Shown: positions 57,313 through 64,000 of the stretch, piece by piece
Numbering within the stretch: the first letter of the stretch is position 1
How the letters are laid out: every line of letters starts with the position of its first letter
Assembly (NCBI GenBank): GCA_947632435.1
Contig: CANRPC010000001.1
Location: 75,986-139,985 of the forward strand
Source of the DNA: an uncultured Bacilli bacterium
GTDB lineage: Bacteria; Bacillota_I; Bacilli_A; RFN20; CAG-449
Length of the DNA stretch: 64,000 bases
Direction of reading: 5' to 3'
Notes under the pieces: model-generated
Seen by the model: the letters and a program-made list of their open reading frames with translations, nothing else
Told to the model about the DNA's origin: nothing
Database searches by the model: none
Program-made: the position numbers and the translations under genes

Positions 57313-58275
57313 TTATTTAATCAAAGAAGAAACTCTTATTAAAAATCCATTATCTTTGTTTTTCATTTTTAAAGCCTCTTCAATTGGAATGGCAGTCAAT
57401 TTAGACCATACACATCCAACACACATTCCTGATTTACCTTCAAGTAACAAGTCAACTGCAAAAACTCCAAGTCTTGCCGCGCGAACTCTATCTTGCGCGG
57501 ATGGAGTTCCGCCACGTTGAATACGTCCTAAAACTTCAGAACGGGTTTCAATTCCGCAGTCACGTTCAATTTCTCTTGCTAAATCCTTAACATCACAAAG
57601 CTTTTCAGTGATAATAACCATTATATGATGTTTTCCTTCATTAATTTGTTTTCTAATGGAAGTTTTTAATTCATCTTTAGTAATCATATGATCACGAGTA
57701 ATAACTATTTCAGCACCACAGGCGATTCCTGCATAAATTGCTAAATCACCGCAATATCTACCCATAACTTCAATAACAGAACATCGTTGATGTGATGAAG
57801 AAGTATCTCTTAATTTATCAACACATTCGACAATAGTATTTAATGCTGTATCAAATCCTATAGTAAAATCTGTTGAAGCAACATCATTATCTATAGTTCC
57901 AGGAACAGCAATACAATTTATACCTTTTCTTGATAAAGCAAGTGCTCCTTTATATGTTCCATCTCCTCCAATGGTAACTAAGGCATCGATTTGATATTCA
58001 TGCAAAATAGCAACAGCTTCATCTTGTACTTCTTCTTTTTCAAATTCTACTAGACGTGCAGTACCAATTTTAGTTCCACCACGATTTATAATTTCGCTGA
58101 CAAATGATCGATTTACTTCTTCGATTTTTCTTTCTAATATGCCACGATATCCATTATAAATTACATACATTTTTAGACCTTGAGTTAATCCCGCACGTAT
58201 AATTGCTCTTAAACAAGCATTCATGCCTGGAGCATCACCACCAGAAGTTAATACACCAACTCTTTTAATCATCAA
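57313..58275 (-). CDS. pfkA: ATP-dependent 6-phosphofructokinase
   Basis: RVGVLTSGGDAPGMNA, GGDGT and MGR motifs. 320 aa. Confidence 0.95.
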   Translation of the reverse strand: MMIKRVGVLTSGGDAPGMNACLRAIIRAGLTQGLKMYVIYNGYRGILERKIEEVNRSFVSEIINRGGTKIGTARLVEFEKEEVQDEAVAILHEYQIDALVTIGGDGTYKGALALSRKGINCIAVPGTIDNDVASTDFTIGFDTALNTIVECVDKLRDTSSSHQRCSVIEVMGRYCGDLAIYAGIACGAEIVITRDHMITKDELKTSIRKQINEGKHHIMVIITEKLCDVKDLAREIERDCGIETRSEVLGRIQRGGTPSAQDRVRAARLGVFAVDLLLEGKSGMCVGCVWSKLTAIPIEEALKMKNKDNGFLIRVSSLIK

Positions 58276-58597
58276 ATGTTCCTCCCAAAAAACATATATG
58301 TTTTTACTAACTTATCTTAGCACAAGATTTTTTCTTGTTATAGGAAAATGATTAAATTTCAGAAATTGTTTGTAAAACTAAAATATAAATATTGATTTTT
58401 AATAGTAAAATATTTTATTTCTTTTGCAAAACAATAATTTATATGTATTTTATTTTATAAATAAATGACATTGTTTCGACATTTTTTTATAAAATATTTG
58501 ACCTCAATTTAATTTAATTTTAAGATAAAAATGTAGACATAAAACTATTTAGTTTTAAGAAAATACCTAATTTCTATTTTAATCGTGGGAGGAAATT

Positions 58598-60565
58598 ATG
58601 AGTGAATTGAGTTTTGAGTATAAATGTATAAATTTTTTGCAAAAAAATAATGAACAAGCTCTAAAATTTTATTTGTATCAAGAATATGGAAAAAATGGAT
58701 TTATTAGTATCCGTGTTTATATTCCGAAAGATAAGCAAGTTGATTTAGAATATGTTGATTTATATTTTAATGAAAATGGTGTTAATTTTCCTGATTTTAT
58801 TAATAAAGCACCAACTAAACAATTTAAAGCAATTGAAGTTAAAAATGAAAATTCAATTCAAATTAATGTTTCTTCTAAAATGGAACTTAATGGTGTAGGA
58901 GTAATTATTTTTAAATACAAAAATGACAATAAAAGAATTCAAGAAAGAAATATTTATCGATTTGCAATTAATTATTGTAGGAAAGAAATTATTTCTTATG
59001 TAATTAATGAACGTCGAAAAAGTATTAAAATTCAAGTGCTGTTTCCTCGAATTCTTAAAGAAATCGATTTAATAGTTGCACGTAAAGAAGGATCAAAACC
59101 TCTTTTGATTAGTGACATGAAAAATACTTTAAATTCAGATAAAGATTTAATTAGATTAATTCCTAGTGGCAGAGAATTTGATATAAAAGAAAAGGTTATA
59201 AAAAAGGGAATTAAGCCAGATATTGAAGACTATAGATTAACATTTAAAGATCCAAAGGATAATAAGTTTTATTTATTAGTTGATGAAAGTAAAAAAACAT
59301 TAGAAGATATTAAATTAAAAACTTCTAAGCAAAAGAAAAAACCAATTTATAGATGTATTTATTGCGGTAATATTTTAAATAAAAAGTTGTTTGCTAAAAA
59401 AGGTACTTTTTCTTGTGATAATAAAAGAATAGATAATCTTGCGCAAAATGAATATAATCTTGATATTTTATGTACAGAAAATACGTGGATACAAGAGAAC
59501 AATAGAAGTTTAGAAAATTGCTTATTAATGTTACCTAAAAATATATTAAAAAAGCCTTGTATGAATATTGTTGTCGCTGGTCATCAAAAATCAGGAAAAA
59601 CAATATATCTTGCTTCATTGATTGATATGTCTATTGATTCAGTATCTGAAAATCAATATAATTGCTCGGCACCTACTTTGGACATGATTGTTAAAACGTT
59701 TGATAAATCAAAAAATAATAGTGTTAAAGAAATTGTTAATAAAACATTTTATGATAAAAAATTTGAGAAAAAATTTACAGATAATTCAATCTATACTGAT
59801 ATGTCAAGAGGAAGATATAATATTTCTGTAAATAGTCAAATAGAATCGCAAACTCTTGCAGATAAATCAGAACTATTATCATGGAATCCTATTCATTTTG
59901 AAATGGGAAATTTGGGTTTTATTAATTTATATGATGTTCCTGGTGAAATATTTTCACCATCAAGTGTGGAAAAAAATCGTGCTTTCGATATTGCTGACGG
60001 TATTATGTTAATTGTTGATGGTGATGTTCGTAACTCAACAAGTAGCATTAGGCAGGTTAATCCATTTATTGTTGCCACCAATAGTTTAAAGCAAATTGCA
60101 AAAATAGGAACAGATAGTGCTAAAAATTTTTCTGACATTCCTCTAGCTATTGTGTTTACTAAATTAGATTTAAAATTGAAAGAATATACTCCTAAAATTG
60201 ATGCTGCTTCAATAAATGAATGTTTTGATGAAAATGATAATATTGCAAGAGAAGATATTATTTCATTACTTCCTAAAAATGGAATTTATAAAGGTAGTGA
60301 ATTAGAAAAGCATATCGAATTATCTAGCTATGAATTAGAACATTATTTAAAATCTGCAAATGATGAAACTAAAAAAGCATATAAAGATTTATTACATGAT
60401 TATAATAACGTTAAATTTTTTGCAATTAGTGCTTTAGGTAATGACAATTTCTTACAAAATATAAATAATCAATCTAATCCTACAGTATTATGCAAACCAA
60501 AGCGAATAAGGATTGAGTTACCTATTATTTGGTTAATGTATCAAAATAAATTAATTAAGAGGTAG
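58598..60565 (+). CDS. Uncharacterised 655-aa protein with a central P-loop GTPase-like domain and an upstream Cys-containing segment
   Basis: G1 VVAGHQKSGKT, G3 YDVPGE, G4 FTKLD. Preceded by a CIYCGN...FSCDNK segment. The N-terminal 300 aa have no match I can recognise. Confidence 0.45.
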   Translation: MSELSFEYKCINFLQKNNEQALKFYLYQEYGKNGFISIRVYIPKDKQVDLEYVDLYFNENGVNFPDFINKAPTKQFKAIEVKNENSIQINVSSKMELNGVGVIIFKYKNDNKRIQERNIYRFAINYCRKEIISYVINERRKSIKIQVLFPRILKEIDLIVARKEGSKPLLISDMKNTLNSDKDLIRLIPSGREFDIKEKVIKKGIKPDIEDYRLTFKDPKDNKFYLLVDESKKTLEDIKLKTSKQKKKPIYRCIYCGNILNKKLFAKKGTFSCDNKRIDNLAQNEYNLDILCTENTWIQENNRSLENCLLMLPKNILKKPCMNIVVAGHQKSGKTIYLASLIDMSIDSVSENQYNCSAPTLDMIVKTFDKSKNNSVKEIVNKTFYDKKFEKKFTDNSIYTDMSRGRYNISVNSQIESQTLADKSELLSWNPIHFEMGNLGFINLYDVPGEIFSPSSVEKNRAFDIADGIMLIVDGDVRNSTSSIRQVNPFIVATNSLKQIAKIGTDSAKNFSDIPLAIVFTKLDLKLKEYTPKIDAASINECFDENDNIAREDIISLLPKNGIYKGSELEKHIELSSYELEHYLKSANDETKKAYKDLLHDYNNVKFFAISALGNDNFLQNINNQSNPTVLCKPKRIRIELPIIWLMYQNKLIKR

Positions 60566-60568
60566 AAT

Positions 60569-63382
60569 ATGAGCACAAAAGAAACGTATATTTATGAAAC
60601 ATTATATGCAAATGTTCACAATGAAACATCGGGGCATGATGAAATTTATAAAACCAGCAAAAATTTAATAAAAGGGAATCCTGATTATGATTTTGTAATG
60701 AAGGAATGTGCTAAGTTTTTAGGTGTATATGAACTTCATGAATCTAAAGGTTTCATTTTAAATAAGTTAAATAATGATGAAAAACTTGATTTTGATTCAA
60801 TTTATCAAGCATATTCATTTATTGATGGAAAAAGTATTATTAAAACTGCTAAATTAAGAAAAAGTTTAGAAAATTTCCAAATTAGAGGAAGAAAAGAAAT
60901 AGTTAGAAGTTTAGTTTTTAATGACTTAAAATGCTATAATGTTGATTTAATTGATAATGAATATTTAATTGATAATCTAGATATTGACTTTAATATTGTT
61001 GAAGTAGAAGACCAAAAAAAAGTCCAAGAAATTATTCCATTAGAAAATGAAAAAAATGTAATTAATAATTTAGATGAAGAACAATTTTCTTTTACTAATT
61101 TTAATGATATAAACATTGAAGAATTTTTGGCAAATAAAAAGCAAATTGTTAATTTTTTTAATGCATTTTTAAACGCTAAAAAAAATGGCAAAAAATTAGT
61201 GGTACTATATGAAAAAGATGAATTTTTAAATGTTAAATTATATTTAAAAAATACTTTAAAACTCTTTCCTGTTTCTTTGGCTAATAAAATTTGGTTTACT
61301 ACTGGAATTAGCAGTGATGAATTAAGAAATCCAAATTATAATATTCCTTATGATATTTGCATGATTCCATCAATACACGAATACGATTTAATTCACTTTC
61401 AAAAAAATGTAAATAATGTTGTTATAAAAGTTAGTAACAATTCTATTAATGGAACATTTGATTTTGAAAAAAATGATGTTGTAAAATTTCTTATTAATGA
61501 TTTATCTTCTAGTAATTTAAAAAGATTTATAGAATTTAAAAATGATGCATCATTTGATGATAATTCAACATTTTTAGATGGAATTCATTATTTAGAATTA
61601 ATTGTTAATAGTTTAGTTAATATTCAAGATTATTTTTCAACTGAAAAAAAATTAAATTTGATTTTTGATTCATTTAGAATGATTTGTAATAATCCTTTAC
61701 TTGATAGTAATGAAAAACTTGATTGGCTTATATATAGTAATGTTTTTTTGGCATTTAGAAATGTTTTACTTGAAGTAGAAAATAATTTGAATTTAAAAGA
61801 TAGTGTCATTAAGTGTTTTAATTATTTTTATTTAATTTATTGTAAATTAGGAAAAAAAGAAGAATTATTTACAAAAATTTATGATTATATTTTTGTAAAA
61901 ATTAATTTGCTAAACACAGATTATAGAGATAATGATAAAATATCATTTTATGTAGAAATTTTATCGGCATTTTTTAAAAAATGTAATTGGGATAATAATG
62001 TTGATTTTATAAATGATTTGCTTTTTAATATTTTTATTAAAAATAAAGAAGTGTTCTTAACGTTTTTAAAGATATATTTATCGAAGAAACAAGATATAAT
62101 TCAAAATGCTTTAGCTTTATTAAAAAAATTACTTCAAATTAGAAAAAATTTACCAACATATGATCCATTAGAAGATTTAATTGTTGATTTAATAAATTTA
62201 TGTGATAGAAATAATTACAACGAAATATTACAAGAAATATTTAATATTAATGATAGCGATGATATTTGTAGAATTATACATAGTATCATTGAAAGAATTG
62301 ATGAAAATAAATATTTATCATTTGAAAATGTTTTAAAAGATAGGATTAAGATTTATTCAAAGAATAATTTAAAAGAATATAAATTGTTTTTATTGTATTT
62401 TATAGAAGGAACAATTGATAGCGAAAGATTAGCAATTATTGTTAAATGGATTTTTGTAACATATTTAGAAATTAATAAAATTGATAACTATGATGATATT
62501 GTACATATTAAACAAAAAGAGAATGAATTATTTTCTGAATTTACTAAAAATTCTAGTTTTTTAAATAAATTTAGAAAAGTTATTTGCAAACTATATTTTG
62601 AAGATTTGATAAAAGATGATTCCATAAATAAAAAAATCAAAGAAGATGATATTGATGAAAAAACATATGAAGAAATTTTTACTTATATTGATGAAATTGT
62701 TAAATATTCATCTTATTATAATGAATTAAATACTGCATTTAAATGTAAAAAACAAAGTTATATTGATTACTTAAATAATAAAAATAAAGAAAATTCATTA
62801 AAATTATTTAGATGCGAATTTGTAGTACGTAGACTTTTAATTTTAAAAAATAAATCAATAGTTAAAATATTAAAAAAGTGTCATACTCCAAGTGAAATAA
62901 ATGATAAATTCAAAGAAGAAAAAATTAAAATTAGAGGCAATAAAACTGACAATAAAAAATTTAATGAAATTTGTGGAAATTTTGCAATGCAAATTTTACA
63001 AACTGATGAAACTAAAAAGGCTAATCAATTTATAAATTTAATTGAAAAAACACATGAAAATAATATTGCCAATAAAAAAATAAAGTTATTTGACAAATTC
63101 AGTGGTGGTGTACAAATGATTTTTGTAACGCTATTTACTCTTTTAATAAGTTCAGCAATCAATTATTTATTATTTATGACAATATTTCATAAAAGAAATC
63201 TTATTTCACTTTTGATAGTAAGTATCTATTTGATTTTAGTTTCTGTAATTATATATTGGTCAAACTTTAAAGAACGAAGATTGAAAAATGCTGTTATTAG
63301 ATCTTCAACTTATATGTTATGTATTATTTTAGTAACATATTTAATTTATATCGGTGCAGTATTATTACTTGAATTATTTTAA
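60569..63382 (+). CDS. Uncharacterised 937-aa helical protein with three C-terminal TM helices
   Basis: The start is 4 nt after the GTPase stop (operonic). No recognisable catalytic motif. The last ~90 aa are hydrophobic. Confidence 0.35.
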   Translation: MSTKETYIYETLYANVHNETSGHDEIYKTSKNLIKGNPDYDFVMKECAKFLGVYELHESKGFILNKLNNDEKLDFDSIYQAYSFIDGKSIIKTAKLRKSLENFQIRGRKEIVRSLVFNDLKCYNVDLIDNEYLIDNLDIDFNIVEVEDQKKVQEIIPLENEKNVINNLDEEQFSFTNFNDINIEEFLANKKQIVNFFNAFLNAKKNGKKLVVLYEKDEFLNVKLYLKNTLKLFPVSLANKIWFTTGISSDELRNPNYNIPYDICMIPSIHEYDLIHFQKNVNNVVIKVSNNSINGTFDFEKNDVVKFLINDLSSSNLKRFIEFKNDASFDDNSTFLDGIHYLELIVNSLVNIQDYFSTEKKLNLIFDSFRMICNNPLLDSNEKLDWLIYSNVFLAFRNVLLEVENNLNLKDSVIKCFNYFYLIYCKLGKKEELFTKIYDYIFVKINLLNTDYRDNDKISFYVEILSAFFKKCNWDNNVDFINDLLFNIFIKNKEVFLTFLKIYLSKKQDIIQNALALLKKLLQIRKNLPTYDPLEDLIVDLINLCDRNNYNEILQEIFNINDSDDICRIIHSIIERIDENKYLSFENVLKDRIKIYSKNNLKEYKLFLLYFIEGTIDSERLAIIVKWIFVTYLEINKIDNYDDIVHIKQKENELFSEFTKNSSFLNKFRKVICKLYFEDLIKDDSINKKIKEDDIDEKTYEEIFTYIDEIVKYSSYYNELNTAFKCKKQSYIDYLNNKNKENSLKLFRCEFVVRRLLILKNKSIVKILKKCHTPSEINDKFKEEKIKIRGNKTDNKKFNEICGNFAMQILQTDETKKANQFINLIEKTHENNIANKKIKLFDKFSGGVQMIFVTLFTLLISSAINYLLFMTIFHKRNLISLLIVSIYLILVSVIIYWSNFKERRLKNAVIRSSTYMLCIILVTYLIYIGAVLLLELF

Positions 63383-63398
63383 AAAAGGAGTTTAAGGT

Positions 63399-64000
63399 AT
63401 GAGAACAAAAAAGAATAAATTATTTTTTGCATTTTTAATTATATCGATGTTAATTGGAATTGCTTTTTCATGTCTTTCAAGATATTATTTTGGAAAAACT
63501 AATAGCAAAATTAATGATGAAATAAATGAATACATTTATTCTGATACTATTTATAGTATTGAAGATTTTTTGAAAAAACAAAGCAAAAATAATCCTTGGA
63601 TAAAAAATTCTTGTAAAAAAGAAGTATATGCTTATAGTGTTGATAATAAGGAAATAATGAATAATGATCTAATAGAATTTCAAGATAATGGCAATTCAAT
63701 TAAAATGAATGGTGTTTTTAATGGTTATATTAAATACATTAATACATTAGATAATACGTGTGTGGTTAAATATGAATTAAAAAGTGTTTTTGAATCAGAT
63801 GATACTTTAGACATAATAAACTATACAAATGAAGGTTTTTTATTAGATGGAATTTTAACCAAGAAGGAAATTAAAGAAGATATTAAATATTTAAATATTC
63901 CTCAAAAAGAATCAATAAATTGTAAAGATTTAAATAAATTTGCAGCACTTAATTATATTTTTCTTGAAGATGTTAGCAATTTAAATAATTTAAATATTGA
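63399..64000 (+). CDS. Hypothetical membrane-anchored protein (3'-truncated by the window)
   Basis: RBS aaaaggag. N-terminal TM helix. The ORF runs to the window end. Confidence 0.3.
   Translation, partial: MRTKKNKLFFAFLIISMLIGIAFSCLSRYYFGKTNSKINDEINEYIYSDTIYSIEDFLKKQSKNNPWIKNSCKKEVYAYSVDNKEIMNNDLIEFQDNGNSIKMNGVFNGYIKYINTLDNTCVVKYELKSVFESDDTLDIINYTNEGFLLDGILTKKEIKEDIKYLNIPQKESINCKDLNKFAALNYIFLEDVSNLNNLNI

Noticed and set aside
1-64000. CRISPR arrays, tRNA/rRNA genes, IS elements or integrase
   Set aside because: No regularly spaced direct repeats. No GC-rich cloverleaf-like islands in the intergenic regions, which are all very AT-rich. No transposase or recombinase motifs in any ORF.

Overview
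This is a 64-kb window from a very AT-rich, spore-forming Firmicute. The dcw cluster is followed by spoIIGA-sigE-sigG and runs murE-mntP-mraY-murD-ftsW-murG-murB-divIB-ftsA-ftsZ; the DNPR motif in MurE indicates meso-DAP. No rRNA, tRNA, CRISPR array, transposase or integrase was recognised. All identifications below are motif- and context-based from reading the sequence; no database search was run.

Layout:
(1) 1-16.6 kb: a beta-glucan (laminarin-type) utilisation locus. It holds a sugar ABC transporter (binding protein, two permeases, and an MsmK-like ATPase with unusual coiled-coil extensions), two GH16 lipoproteins, an intracellular GH30, a ~1030-aa GH94-clan-like glycoside phosphorylase, and Big_2/GLUG-like lipoproteins.
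(2) 16.7-22.4 kb: two paralogous repeat-containing surface proteins. They share a promoter architecture (a perfect palindrome plus a cre-like site overlapping the -35/-10 spacer). One of them is frameshifted at a G10 homopolymer.
(3) 22.5-38.4 kb: a complete BREX type 1 island (brxA, brxB, brxC, pglX, pglZ, brxL).
- The pglX gene is highly unusual. It is interrupted by a G11 tract. It is followed by a second, divergent copy of its target-recognition module with its own strong SD, then an embedded rhuM-family gene. The conserved PglX C-terminal domain lies in a separate ORF.
- 7-bp direct repeats are positioned so that precise excision of the 1.88-kb cassette would restore one in-frame PglX of about 1170 aa.
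(4) 38.5-43.3 kb: a cyclophilin-like lipoprotein, then a two-gene McrBC-like pair. The McrB-family AAA+ domain is fused to a ~480-aa polytopic membrane domain, and the overlapping partner carries C-terminal zinc ribbons. This is a candidate undescribed membrane-associated defence system.
(5) 43.3-56.4 kb: the dcw and sporulation-sigma cluster, plus a short SepF-like gene.
(6) 56.4-58.3 kb: glk (ROK) and pfkA on the minus strand.
(7) 58.6-64 kb: an uncharacterised cluster with a 655-aa P-loop GTPase-domain protein, a 937-aa protein with a C-terminal membrane anchor, and a further membrane protein.
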